Source: a virus. Taken from it: DNA of 64,000 nt. The translations under genes were made by a program, and so were the position numbers. Of the stretch, positions 30,979 to 41,519 are shown piece after piece (the first letter of the stretch is position 1; every line of letters begins with the position of its first letter). Below the pieces are notes generated by a model. It was not told where the DNA came from and ran no database searches. It saw only the letters and a program-made list of their open reading frames with translations. Location of the stretch: the IMG/VR virus record IMGVR_UViG_3300015371_000002, positions 60,251 through 124,250 of that record, one strand, 5' to 3'.

Positions 30979-31268
30979 GTAGTCTCAGGCAGCGGCAACG
31001 CATGATGATGACCGCCCCCTACGAACCTAACCGATACGGCCTGTCCCGCTCTCGACTAGATGCGCATCGTGAGGGGCCGTGCCCCTATAGTTCAGCGTCC
31101 CTTGCCGCGCCCTTTGCTGCGTTTAGGCGCGGATTTCTTCGGTGTTTTCGCCGCTGGCTTATCGTCTGTAGCCGGCCGATCCTTCAGCTTAGGCCACGGC
31201 CTGCCGGGCGAGAGCGTGCGCTTAGCCATGGGATTTTCTGCCGCCCTTACGTGGTTTGCACTTCGCCA

Positions 31269-31604
31269 TCAGGGAGCCGGCGGAGGCGCTGGCGTGTTCG
31301 CAGCAACGGCAGCGGCCAGGGCAGCGTCCTTCTGCTGTAGCTCGTCAGCAAGGGCCCGCAGCGCCACTGGATCATCGGCCAGTGCCCGGATCTGGTCGGC
31401 GAGGCCGCCGATTAGCGCAACTGCGCTGTCGACCACGCTGCTGTTGGCATGCACCTGCGCGGTAAGGGCGTCGAGTTCGGCTGACATGATTTGCTCCTGT
31501 TCGTAGATGGGGGCGAAGTTCTGCTGCAACTTCGCTGCAACAGCCGTGGCGATGGCATCGAGGTCGTCCGCCGTCAGGCGCACGGGGATGACTATCTCGG
31601 CCAT
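31269..31604 (-). CDS. hypothetical coiled-coil protein
   Basis: MSAELDALTAQVHANSSVVDSAVALIGGLA...LAAAVAANTP. Confidence 0.65.
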   Translation of the reverse strand: MAEIVIPVRLTADDLDAIATAVAAKLQQNFAPIYEQEQIMSAELDALTAQVHANSSVVDSAVALIGGLADQIRALADDPVALRALADELQQKDAALAAAVAANTPAPPPAP

Positions 31605-31620
31605 GAATATTCCTACTGGT

Positions 31621-31947
31621 TTATTGCGCCATTCGTTTGGCTCGTTCGCGCAGCGTCTTCACTGTGTGGCAACGCGCGCATCTCGCCAAGCCATTGTTTG
31701 CGCTTGTTAACGATCCACCATCACGGCGCTCAACCACATGATCCGCATGCAGGCGAATGCCGGAGCGGGGATATCGTGGATCGTGCTGCGGATCTTCGCA
31801 TTGGTAGTTTGCCCGCTTGAGCACGGCAGCGGACCATTTGCGATGCTCTTTGGTCAGCAGATACGGATCAGTGCCACCCTGCGGTGGTGGCCCGAGCCCA
31901 ATTCTCTGCGTCGGACGCATGGTCAAGCGAGACGGTGTTGGCCGCAT
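31621..31947 (-). CDS. small HNH endonuclease (HK97 gp74-like packaging HNH)
   Basis: WSAAVLKRANYQC...LHADHVVERRDGG...N...CARCHTVKT. Confidence 0.85.
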   Translation of the reverse strand: MRPTPSRLTMRPTQRIGLGPPPQGGTDPYLLTKEHRKWSAAVLKRANYQCEDPQHDPRYPRSGIRLHADHVVERRDGGSLTSANNGLARCARCHTVKTLRERAKRMAQ

Positions 31948-32026
31948 CGGGATTTTGCGTTTCAGTGTGTTTTGTGTTTATTTTTCTATGGGGTGAGTTT
32001 CACGAAATGTCGCTGGAGAACAATAG

Positions 32027-32407
32027 ATGGCACGACCCTTCGCAATAGACCCAGCCAAATGGCCGAAGATCCTCCAACAACTCGATGCCGGAGAAAGCCC
32101 AGGAGCCCTCGCTGAAGCCCATGGAGTGTCGGTTGCCGCGATTCACGGCATCCGCAAACGCTCCGCCGATGGGGCACCAAAAGCCAACGGGAAGCGGAAG
32201 ACGCGGAAGGCACGTGGGGCGTCGACCAATGGTGCGAAGCGCAAATTGCTGACCCAGGCGGGCAGCAACGAAGTCGTAATGCCGACAATTATGGAGTGGA
32301 TCAGCGCCCTCTATAAGGCACAGCACGATCCTGCCGACCGGCCACGACTGCAGCAGGCTAACGCGGCGATCGTTAAGCTGGCGGCGGACATCCAAGCCGA
32401 ACTTTAG
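32027..32407 (+). CDS. HTH-containing DNA-binding protein
   Basis: GESPGALAEAHGVSVAAIHGIRK. Confidence 0.6.
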   Translation: MARPFAIDPAKWPKILQQLDAGESPGALAEAHGVSVAAIHGIRKRSADGAPKANGKRKTRKARGASTNGAKRKLLTQAGSNEVVMPTIMEWISALYKAQHDPADRPRLQQANAAIVKLAADIQAEL

Positions 32408-32655
32408 TCGCTCGCTGGCCTCCGCGGGGGCAAGCCGAGGCGCTTACGGACTTTCCACAGCGTGGAAATGCTAACTTCGAGCACCTCGGCCATCCGTCGG
32501 GTGGGCAGACCGGAGTTCCACAGGACCGTGAAGCGTTGGACATTGTCCTTCGCCACGGTCTCCCACGGTCGTCGGTTTCCACCTCGCATGTCGCGAGGAT
32601 AGCCAGCTACACACCGATTCGGATGGGGGTAATTGGGGATTTGCACCTGCGCCAT
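32404..32655 (-). CDS. small HTH protein (GcrA N-terminal-like)
   Basis: LWNSGLPTRRMAEVLEVSISTLWKVRKRLGLPPR. Confidence 0.55.
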   Translation of the reverse strand: MAQVQIPNYPHPNRCVAGYPRDMRGGNRRPWETVAKDNVQRFTVLWNSGLPTRRMAEVLEVSISTLWKVRKRLGLPPRRPASD

Positions 32656-33130
32656 GATCCGGGCGCATTACGGCGCAGACCATATTCCACCATGCGTTGC
32701 AGACGGCAACGTTGTCAATACCAATCGCAGAAATAGTGGTCACTAAGGGGATAATTCCCCAATCCGTTGGGCATGCGGTAGCTGGTGATGTAGCGCTGTC
32801 GTTTAATGCCGCTGCACGTAGGCCATTGCGATGGGGGCCTGGGCAGTAACCACGGCGGGCGCCTGCCACTCCTTCAGGGCGGTTGCACCAACGGACAGTC
32901 CTATGGCGAGCAGGATGGCGACGGCATAGTAGATCGGGTCTGCTGACATGAATATTGCTCCTGGGTTTGCATTTATTATTCAGTCCGCTTTGTGCGGTTT
33001 CTGGTGGCGGGCGGTGGACTTCTTCATGCTCAGTGCCACAGCCAAAATGAACCGAGGATCGCCGCCATGATGACTACGAACGTCAGGATGCCGGCGATAT
33101 CACGGGCGTCCTGGCGGGCGTCCCAGCGGG

Positions 33131-33379
33131 TCATTCTGGCGGCTCCGGCTGCTCCATCCATCGCGTCACGGAGCGGACGCGCGCTAACTCCCCATTGCCG
33201 AACGCCACAATGTCGCCGTCGATGAGCACAAGCCAGTCCTCAATCACCCCGCCCCACTCGCCGACATTGACCGCGCCGTTCCAGAGCAGAACTGCCCGAT
33301 CCTTTGGCGCTGTCTCCATCGGCTGCCAATCGCCAGCGAGGGCCACTACGCAATCAGCGACGTGGGAATTATCGGTCAT
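33131..33379 (-). CDS. DUF551-like phage protein
   Basis: WQPMETAPKD...VTRWMEQPEPP. Confidence 0.75.
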   Translation of the reverse strand: MTDNSHVADCVVALAGDWQPMETAPKDRAVLLWNGAVNVGEWGGVIEDWLVLIDGDIVAFGNGELARVRSVTRWMEQPEPPE

Positions 33380-33843
33380 GGCTCAGGCTCCATCCCATCA
33401 ATCATCTCCTGGGCGGTGGCGTAACGCGGCAGGACCGTGGTGCGTGCCTCGTTCATCGCGGCCTCAGTCACCGCGCGCTGTTCTCGGCACCACAGGAAGA
33501 AGCGCTGCGCCATGTGGCAGTAAGGCGCCCCAGGCTTGTCCCGGAAGTGACGAATGTCGCAAATGGGGCATACCGGTTCGTGCGGCTCCTCCACTTGCGC
33601 GGCGAATTCCCGCCACCGCTCGGCGGCGGCCGGCGTGTTGCGGGCGGCCGACATGGCGCAGATCATTGGGGCACCTTCCATTCCCTGAATATTGCGATGG
33701 TTATTCTTATGGACATCGGACCAATGCCCGCGTTTTTCAGCAACAGCATTTGCGTAGGTTCGCGCATCGGCCGCCGAGAAGGTCTGTTCATTGCCATAAA
33801 TCAGACGATCGACCAACGCTGCGAGCACGATCCTGTCGGTCAT
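33376..33843 (-). CDS. hypothetical protein
   Basis: ATGA overlaps on both sides. Confidence 0.55.
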   Translation of the reverse strand: MTDRIVLAALVDRLIYGNEQTFSAADARTYANAVAEKRGHWSDVHKNNHRNIQGMEGAPMICAMSAARNTPAAAERWREFAAQVEEPHEPVCPICDIRHFRDKPGAPYCHMAQRFFLWCREQRAVTEAAMNEARTTVLPRYATAQEMIDGMEPEP

Positions 33844-34337
33844 TGGCCCAACTCATGAACCAGAGCGTGCATAGCCCACCATCCAGCGACGTAGGCTTGG
33901 CTTAGATGGACCGGCCAGGCAGCAGGTGCGGCACCAGAGCCGCCACCGAGAAAGGCCATTTCTCCGCTCTGCCACGCCTTGGCGATCTCTGCCTTCAGCC
34001 GATCGGCGACGACGGCGAGCGAGGCAAACGGGTCGGGGCGGACGCTGAACGAGAGGTCGGCCAGACCGACCTTGGCTTCTGTCCGGTTGCGCTGGCGCTT
34101 CGGACCCTGGCGCTTTGGTGCGATCACCCGCTTGACGCCCATCAGGCGGCGCAGATCGGTGAGGCTGTTGTCTGGCCCGTGATAAGCGTCGGATGGCGAG
34201 GCCGGGACGACGAACATCAGCGACTGGCCGTTGAAGACGAAGCGGATTTTTGGGTGCTTGCCCTGCTCCACCGTCCATTCGGTGACGCCGTGGACTTCCA
34301 GCTCCCGCGTTACCGTCTCGACAGCATCATACGGCAT
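33840..34337 (-). CDS. hypothetical protein with HicA-like N-terminus
   Basis: WTVEQGKHPKIRFVFNG...VVPASPSD; likely start MPYDAVE. Confidence 0.5.
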   Translation of the reverse strand: MPYDAVETVTRELEVHGVTEWTVEQGKHPKIRFVFNGQSLMFVVPASPSDAYHGPDNSLTDLRRLMGVKRVIAPKRQGPKRQRNRTEAKVGLADLSFSVRPDPFASLAVVADRLKAEIAKAWQSGEMAFLGGGSGAAPAAWPVHLSQAYVAGWWAMHALVHELGQ

Positions 34338-34923
34338 TGCCGTCTCTAGCCTTATCCCGCACCGCCTTGGCCTCGGCGAACTCACGCTGACGGACATATT
34401 CGCGCGCCCACATGATCGCCCCGCGGGCCTCCGTCAGGTGGGTCGTCGTCTTGGCGTTCAGCCCGTCGGTCTTGGCGATCAGCTCCCGCGCGGCAGTGGC
34501 TGCGGCAATCATGTCCTTGTCGATCCGGTCGAGCAGCGCGGCCAAATTTGCCACCATCGTGCTGGGATCAGGCCGGTCCTGCACCCAGCGACCGCCCGGC
34601 ATTTCCGGCAGGAGAGCCACTGGATGGCGAGGAATACGGAACGGCTCGGTCAAGCCATCGAATCGTAGGACGGAGCCGATCCAATCCGATGTCCAGGCGA
34701 TCACGGCGTTGCAGCCGGGCGCGCCGATGCCCTCCTCGAACGAGTAACTGATCCATGGCAGCGCCTCCTGCCATGACAGCACCACGCCACGCGGCTGGTT
34801 GACGTAATTCGGCACCGTCTCGCTTTTGTAGTCGCCCCAGCCCATTTCGCCGATCACCACGGCCTCGACTGGCTGGCCGTCTGCTAGGTCCTCGATCCAT
34901 TTTTTCAGCGTAGGCATAGTCAC
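34327..34923 (-). CDS. hypothetical phage protein
   Basis: VLSWQEALP...GAPGCNAVIAWT...FDG...IPRHP. Confidence 0.6.
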   Translation of the reverse strand: MTMPTLKKWIEDLADGQPVEAVVIGEMGWGDYKSETVPNYVNQPRGVVLSWQEALPWISYSFEEGIGAPGCNAVIAWTSDWIGSVLRFDGLTEPFRIPRHPVALLPEMPGGRWVQDRPDPSTMVANLAALLDRIDKDMIAAATAARELIAKTDGLNAKTTTHLTEARGAIMWAREYVRQREFAEAKAVRDKARDGNAV

Positions 34924-35501
34924 CTGGTCCCTGGTTTATGGCTGTCTCGCTTCGGCACGACGAGCGGCGTTGTCGATGCCTCTCGCCACCTGCCACAGAA
35001 TGAACACAGACAAGCAGCCGGTGAGCGTGCCGACCAGTCCAAGAAGGAAAGCCGCTCTCAGCACATCATTCGTCCGTATGGGGCTTTGCGATGGCGCGGA
35101 TCGCGCTCTCAACGCCGCCCGGAGTATCTAACGCCAGGACGATCAATCGGGCCACCGCCTCCAATTCCTCGCGGTTGAGGTAACCCTCCCCGGAACTGAC
35201 TGTCGGAAACAGAGCAAGAACGCGCTTGCGTCCTCCATCGACAGCGATGGCCCAGCCGGAGCCATCAGGAACTTTAACGTGCGCCATTAATGAATCACCG
35301 CTAGCGACATATTCTGTGTCCTCTGGGTTGCCGAATTGTTGTTGTGGTCATAACCATACCGTGCTATGCCACGGATCGCAATGGCTATTTCGACACATAG
35401 GAAAACAAATGGCTGGCGCGAATAATCCCTGGGTAAATTCCCTAACTACCGCGTCATCCGATGTGCCTACGAACGACATGGCCCCCTTTGGAGGAACGTA
35501 A

Positions 35502-36437
35502 ATGAGACACGCACACTCGCCGCCGACCGCGCGATCATGGGTCGGCAACCATGGCAACAACAACATCACCAACAGCAATAATTGGTCGCCCGCGGGGCTA
35601 ATCGGCCCGGCGGATACCCTAACGATGGCGACGGGAACCATGAACATTAGCGGCACCCAGCTACCGTCAACCGACGAACTGAACGTCTCCGGAGCCTCAA
35701 TCGTCAATGTTGCGAACGGCCACGGCGAGCATTTCCTTGCCTCGGGCAATGCTACCATTAACCTCACGAATTCGAGCGGTATCCTCGTCCGCAATGCCGG
35801 TGGCGATGTCACCATCAACACTCTGGGGCAGAACGAACTGCACGTCCAAACGGTCGGTCGTGCCACCCCTGGCTCGGTGACGATCAATAACAACGGCAGC
35901 CTGCTGGAGGGCGGCCTAGCTGGATTCGGGTCAAAATACACGCTCAACGGCGGTCTGTTCGCCAATGAGTTCTCATGGGCTGGGCTCGATGGCCAGACGG
36001 TCGTCATCAACGCTGATGTGGTCGGCCAGGGCTCGTGGCAAGTCTCATCGTATCATTCCCCGGGCGCTGGGCATCTGGAATTCGTCAAGTCGGTGTCTGA
36101 ACTACAAAACGTGGTGCTTACCAGCAGCGTCGGCTGGGATCACCTGCAGATCGACCAACCGAGCCAGTTCCATGCGGCCATCCAGCTGATTGACAAGGCT
36201 GAGATAGACTTGGTTGGGCTAGCGGCCGACAGCTATCGCTATAATAGCAGCGCAGGCATTCTTGACTTCTACGCGGGCAACACCGTGGTCGACAGCCTAC
36301 GCCTTACTTCGACGCTTGCCGACGGGTTTGGCGTGGCCGCTGGCACATCAACCGGTGGTGCCGGGGTAGAGATCTACTCGCATATCGGGCCGCCGGGTAT
36401 GCATCCGCACGGCGCCGAACTGCCTGTGCACGTCTGA
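35502..36437 (+). CDS. Gly/Asn/Ser-rich beta-helix passenger-like protein (moron)
   Basis: WVGNHGNN...NWSPAG start, LQIDQPSQFHAAI...IDLVGL repeat; transcribed against its neighbours. Confidence 0.65.
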   Translation: MRHAHSPPTARSWVGNHGNNNITNSNNWSPAGLIGPADTLTMATGTMNISGTQLPSTDELNVSGASIVNVANGHGEHFLASGNATINLTNSSGILVRNAGGDVTINTLGQNELHVQTVGRATPGSVTINNNGSLLEGGLAGFGSKYTLNGGLFANEFSWAGLDGQTVVINADVVGQGSWQVSSYHSPGAGHLEFVKSVSELQNVVLTSSVGWDHLQIDQPSQFHAAIQLIDKAEIDLVGLAADSYRYNSSAGILDFYAGNTVVDSLRLTSTLADGFGVAAGTSTGGAGVEIYSHIGPPGMHPHGAELPVHV

Positions 36438-36653
36438 GAGATGGCCGGTGGGAGACATCCTACACTGCGGCGCGACGCGGGGGTTTGTCACCCTCCGTGG
36501 CAGGCGACATGGCTAACCTCGCTACCACTGGCTCCCGGCAGCTATCATTCGGGCTGGTGAATGCGCAAACCCGGTCTCCCGACAAACACTAAGCGGGAAA
36601 GGTTGGCCAGCGCGCATAATGGCTAGCTTTTGGCATAGACAACTGGGGGCGCC

Positions 36654-37130
36654 TTAGCGCCTCCTGCATTCCCGCCGCTCTTCGTAATCCTTGGCCCGCG
36701 CGTCTTTGGTTGTCTGCCACTGCATATTCCACGTCGCATCGGCACCACCCGCACAGAGCGGCTTGATATGATCGCGCACATAGCCTGGACAGGCGCCCGA
36801 TTTACGCCCGGTGGACGGACACGGGTGTTCCTTCTGGAACTGGCGTGGCACGTCGCGAGAGCGGGCGTGGCTTGGATGCGGAAGTGCGGAGAAAAGCAGA
36901 TAGCCGACGCCAGCGAGGGCCAGAAGCGATGGCCAGATCCACAGCGCGTGATTTCCCCGCGAACGCCAAACCACAACGACAAGGTATGTGATAACGCCGA
37001 CGATGGCGCCGATCGCGCTGCTGCTTGTGATGAGCATTGCCGCAATTGCGAGAGCGGTGGCGCAGAGGATGGCCGCCAACAGGTCCCGCTCCGGACATTC
37101 ATACCCGAGCAACAATCGGCGGAGCTTCAT
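36654..37130 (-). CDS. membrane protein with C-terminal HNH domain
   Basis: Three hydrophobic segments, then HPCPSTG...CPGYVRDHIKPLCAGGAD...NMQWQT. Confidence 0.7.
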   Translation of the reverse strand: MKLRRLLLGYECPERDLLAAILCATALAIAAMLITSSSAIGAIVGVITYLVVVVWRSRGNHALWIWPSLLALAGVGYLLFSALPHPSHARSRDVPRQFQKEHPCPSTGRKSGACPGYVRDHIKPLCAGGADATWNMQWQTTKDARAKDYEERRECRRR

Positions 37131-37133
37131 CGG

Positions 37134-37898
37134 TCATGCGGCCTGCGGCAAAATCGGCGGCGGATCCTGCATCAATTCATCCACAAGCGGGCCGATGCCC
37201 TCACGACGGTCAGCGTCGCCGTTGAGCCATGATGTCAGCACCGCCCGGTTGGTGAACCACAGGCCCGAGTCTTCATCCCTGGCCACTTCCCGCATTGTCC
37301 GCCCCTTCTCCCGGGCCAGCAGCACGTCGATCACCTCCGGAGGAAGCTGCCGAACCACGAATATCGGACAGGAATTACCCACAGTCTTACGCACAAGGGC
37401 GAACGCATCGTCCGGATCGACACCGTCGGGTGCCATGCCATAGTTCAGCACCACGATCTGGCGGGCGTAGGTGTTGGTGCCCTGCACCGCGCGATAATAC
37501 GCGAGGTCCTTCAGCTGCGGCCCAACCACGTGCACCGCGATCGTCTCCAGCCCGGCGTCGGCAAACAGCTCCGTCATGTCGGGGAGCTTGTCCTGCAGCT
37601 GCAGCACCATTGGATCGTCGCCGCCGCCCGGATCCACAACGGCGTGCTTGGTGCCGCGGATGGTCTCGTCGATAGCCGCTTCCAACGCCCTACGGCGGGC
37701 CGGATCAGAGCCGTCCGGCTTGCCATCGAGACCGGTGGGCCGACGCGCATCGACGAAGCGGGCCAACATCGGCGCACGGTCCAAATCCCACGCCGTTACC
37801 TCGTGCGCACGCCGCTGCATTTCTTCGAACACCGCGTTGGCGATTGTGGAATTGCCGATACGCCCACGCCCGCCGAAGATGATCATGCGTCGCAACAT
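37134..37898 (-). CDS. ParA/MinD-like P-loop protein (plasmid mob accessory type)
   Basis: Degenerate Walker A GGRGRIGNST, AWDLD, AVVDPGGGD, IVVLNYG. Confidence 0.65.
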   Translation of the reverse strand: MLRRMIIFGGRGRIGNSTIANAVFEEMQRRAHEVTAWDLDRAPMLARFVDARRPTGLDGKPDGSDPARRRALEAAIDETIRGTKHAVVDPGGGDDPMVLQLQDKLPDMTELFADAGLETIAVHVVGPQLKDLAYYRAVQGTNTYARQIVVLNYGMAPDGVDPDDAFALVRKTVGNSCPIFVVRQLPPEVIDVLLAREKGRTMREVARDEDSGLWFTNRAVLTSWLNGDADRREGIGPLVDELMQDPPPILPQAA

Positions 37899-38433
37899 TC
37901 AGCCGATCTCCTCGTCGAGAAATTCCGCAGTGAAGTCCCGTTTGAGAGCATCGAACTCGATGCCCTGCTGCACCGTCAGGCTGCCGCAGATCGCGCTCTG
38001 ATAGACTGGATCGTCATCGTCCGTGACAACGAAGACTTTGCAATGCATGTGTCCTGGCGTCTCGCTGCAATAAATGCGGAATTTCATGCCCCATCCCCAC
38101 GGGGGAATGCCAGGCGGTTCAGCATGAAGAGGAACGCTGCGGCGACCATCAGCGCCCAGGTAACAAAGAACAAGACGCTGGGCACCGGCAACTCGAGCTG
38201 GGGAAACACCATCACCAACACTGGTGCGATTATTCCACTGGCGACCAAGGCAAACCATCCTGCAAGCGCCAGTTTTGCTGGCGTATATCGTTCGCGCGCT
38301 ACTCGCCGTAGTTCTGAGAGCGTAAGCCTTGCTTCGGTCATCAGTTTCCTCGCCTACTTACACAGCATCTGGGCTACGGGGCACACGATTGGTGCGGCCC
38401 ACCATATCGGAACCACGATCGACCCGCGCATCC

Positions 38434-38763
38434 TTATTCCTCGAACCGTTTCGACGAATGCCGCGGCACCGCTGGAGCCTCTGGCCTCAGCGGACGTCCA
38501 ATGCGCCCCTGTCGCTCCTTCGCGATCTGGCGCGCCACTCGGCGATACGCTTCTCTCACCGTCGCAGCATCCGGAGGTTTCCTGTTCGCATCACGCACGC
38601 CACGGGCGGCTATTGCAGCCGCGATCTGCGCCCACTCGGCGTGCTTCCTATGTTCAGTAATCAGCGCAAAGTTCTCGCGTATGTAGCCCGCCAGCTTCAC
38701 CGTTCCAGCGCCCAGATCGCCAACCGCACGGGCGATTTCCTCGGCCAACTTCGGGTCGCTCAT
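38434..38763 (-). CDS. plasmid mobilisation accessory-like DNA-binding protein
   Basis: WAQIAAAIAARGVRDANRKPPDAATVREAYRRV; upstream of the ParA-like gene. Confidence 0.45.
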   Translation of the reverse strand: MSDPKLAEEIARAVGDLGAGTVKLAGYIRENFALITEHRKHAEWAQIAAAIAARGVRDANRKPPDAATVREAYRRVARQIAKERQGRIGRPLRPEAPAVPRHSSKRFEE

Positions 38764-39254
38764 CGCGAACTCCCCCAGGCCCACTGGCGCTGCGTCTGGC
38801 GGCTCGGACGCTTGGGTGTGCAGGCCAAAAAGTAGGCGCCGGCCACCAGCATGAACCACGACAGGTCGCCAATCATCCCGCCCAGCGCGGTGCTGATCCA
38901 GTTCAAATAAGCGGAGAATGCATCGAACGGTAGCATGAGGAGAAAGAATAAGCGGAACCACGCATCCGATATTCTTTCTGGCGGCAACGCATCTCGCCCC
39001 TCTGCCCATTGCTTATCGATACGAATCGCGCGAACGACCCTGATCGGAACCCAAAATAAAGACAACATCAGACCGAACGTGAGTAGAATAAGGTATTGGC
39101 CTTTAGAATAAGCCAGCGCATACCAGAGAAAGTGCATGGCCGCGAAGCCGACCAACAAGAAGCTGCCGATGGCGTAGCACGATGCCACGCGATGCAGTGC
39201 GTCGGCGATCTTCTGGAATACGCGGTCGATTAGGAAGTCGTCGAGGCGGCGCAT
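38760..39254 (-). CDS. multi-pass membrane protein
   Basis: Four hydrophobic segments. Confidence 0.6.
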   Translation of the reverse strand: MRRLDDFLIDRVFQKIADALHRVASCYAIGSFLLVGFAAMHFLWYALAYSKGQYLILLTFGLMLSLFWVPIRVVRAIRIDKQWAEGRDALPPERISDAWFRLFFLLMLPFDAFSAYLNWISTALGGMIGDLSWFMLVAGAYFLACTPKRPSRQTQRQWAWGSSR

Positions 39255-39906
39255 TACAGAAACACCCCTCGCACAAATGCGACGATCACGACTACAAAGG
39301 GAAATGCGATCGCTACGAAAACCGCGGCCGCGGCATACATCTCCAGCCTGGTGACGAACCGGCGGCGGGATGGCGGCAGCGGGCGGCGCGGTAATGGCGC
39401 CCCCTCCTTTCGCTCCTCAAGAAAGCACATCATGTTCGACCTCTGATTACAGAGCCCTGTGAATCGTCGCCGTCGCGTTGGTCGGAAAATTAACCGTCTC
39501 GATGACGAAGATCGCCAGGAGCGCGATGGCCAGCACGGCCAGCACGACGAGGAGCACGCCTTCTGTGAACTCGTATCGACGGTGTTCGCGTGGCTTCTGG
39601 GTAGTTTCTGGAGTCGAGGGTCTGTTGTTCACAGGCAAGAGTCCCCATGCAATGTGTGCACCAGCGCCTTACTGGCCTTTATATATTCTTCTTGGGATTT
39701 GAGAGATGCCCTCTGCCACTCTTCGTAGCATCCCATGCCCTTGCAGGCTTTGATTGTGTAGCCGTTCGCAGCAAGGCAGACTGCTGCTGCAACAAACATG
39801 ACAGACAGCATCATACACGGCAGGCCAACCAGAAGTATGAGGTAGCGGACTATCGTAGTGGTAGTCCCTTGGGGACGGACCGCAGTCTTAAGCCTCTCGT
39901 CTCCGG

Positions 39907-40248
39907 TCATTGGGGGTTTGTCCCCGTTTGTCCACCAGCCACTAGTGGCAAGAAGCTTATTACAACAGAAAATACCGCCGCTGGCACACCGCAAGCGAGC
40001 ACATATCCCCAGAAGCTTAGGCCAAACAAACCGCCCCACAGAAAGCTAAACGTGGCAGGCCAAAGGTAGCCAGCCGCATACATCAATCCGCCAACCGCCG
40101 CCAATGTCAGCGCTGCACATATGCAGGCTGCTGCAAGAGACGCTTCAAAGACTGCATTCGCTCTACGCTGTTCCGACGCCCGCTGTTCTCGATCTTCCTG
40201 CAATGCTTTGCGAAGGGCGGCCTGGACATCATGCTCGGTTAGGGTCAT
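39907..40248 (-). CDS. membrane protein
   Basis: Hydrophobic C-terminal half; ATGA overlaps. Confidence 0.5.
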   Translation of the reverse strand: MTLTEHDVQAALRKALQEDREQRASEQRRANAVFEASLAAACICAALTLAAVGGLMYAAGYLWPATFSFLWGGLFGLSFWGYVLACGVPAAVFSVVISFLPLVAGGQTGTNPQ

Positions 40249-41014
40249 TTGATTGTTCCTGTTTTAATTAACGTCAGTCCTGCGGGCGGCATGCCACGCA
40301 CAAGGTTGGTGCGCACCACCCAGATTTGTCCGGCGCCGTTGCCCCGCCCGTTGGACTTAATCTGCACCGGCTCTACCCACACACGCACGCCGTGGTGGCC
40401 GCGCGAATGCCAGAAGTTGCGGATATCTTCGGCGTTCTGTTCGGCGCCTATCTTCGACGTGCTGTCGCGACACCGGCCATTGCCCGGAGACGCCTTGGGC
40501 ACGACGATATCGATGTCGGGTCGATAGTTCACTGGCACGACTCGCAGTCCGGCGCGTCCACGCTGCATACCGCTGCCACCGGCGCCATCGTCACTGCCTC
40601 ATCCTGGCTGTCGAGCAACAGCTTTGTGTTCTCGTCCCCGAGCGGGCAGTATTCCTCGCCGGGCCTAGCGCCACATAACTCGCAGCCAACCGTCTTATTC
40701 TCGCGTGGACATGCGTCGGTCATGGTTCCGACTCCTCATCGGCAAACCGATAAACCGTCCGCAGCCTGGGTCGCATCGACCAATGCCCTCGCCTGTCGCA
40801 GTGGCTGACGTTGCGCGTCTCCTCCTCAGCCACACCTTCGCCGTCGTAACTGCACTGGCGGCAGACGCCTGAGGCAGGAAGTTCATCGCAGCCGTTCGGA
40901 CACCAAGTAGCTGGCTCGGCCATCACGGTATCACCGACAGAAAAATCGCCAGCAGGACTATGAAAGCGATGATCCCGCACACGGTCCACCACGCGATCCG
41001 ATCGGTCCGACGTT

Positions 41015-41275
41015 TCATTTTCTCTGGGTCTGGCCATGTGCTGCCTGCTCCTCGTTGAGGATGTCCGTCAGCAGCTGGATCATCGTCTGCTGCTGTTCGA
41101 TGATTTTATCCAATTGGCCCGCGTAGCCGATCGGCGGGCTGATCACCGAGACCAAAATGGCAACGGCCAGCACGCCAAGGAAGCAGAACACGATTGTCGG
41201 GGTGGGATCGCGCCACCATGGCTTGCTGGTTTCCGCATCATTGTTGTTATCCTCCGCAGAGTCTGGTTTGGACAC
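41015..41275 (-). CDS. single-TM small protein
   Basis: TM then IEQQQTMIQLLTDIL. Confidence 0.55.
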   Translation of the reverse strand: MSKPDSAEDNNNDAETSKPWWRDPTPTIVFCFLGVLAVAILVSVISPPIGYAGQLDKIIEQQQTMIQLLTDILNEEQAAHGQTQRK

Positions 41276-41282
41276 TTCCGGA

Positions 41283-41519
41283 TCACTTCTGCTCCTGAGC
41301 CTTAATCAGGTCCCTCAGCAGAGAGTTGGTCTTCTGCTGCTCCACCAGCATTGAGTTTTGCGTCGCAGCGATTTGCTGGATGGCGACATCGCGGGGGGTT
41401 GGGCCGCTGAAACTGAATGCCGCCACTGACATAATGACAATGAGCGCGATACAAACCATGATCATGTTGTCGCGTGCATTCCAGATTTTCCTGGCCCACG
41501 TCGTTAGTGATCCGCTCAT
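41283..41519 (-). CDS. single-TM small protein
   Basis: GGAGG RBS; TM then VEQQKTNSLLRDLI. Confidence 0.6.
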   Translation of the reverse strand: MSGSLTTWARKIWNARDNMIMVCIALIVIMSVAAFSFSGPTPRDVAIQQIAATQNSMLVEQQKTNSLLRDLIKAQEQK

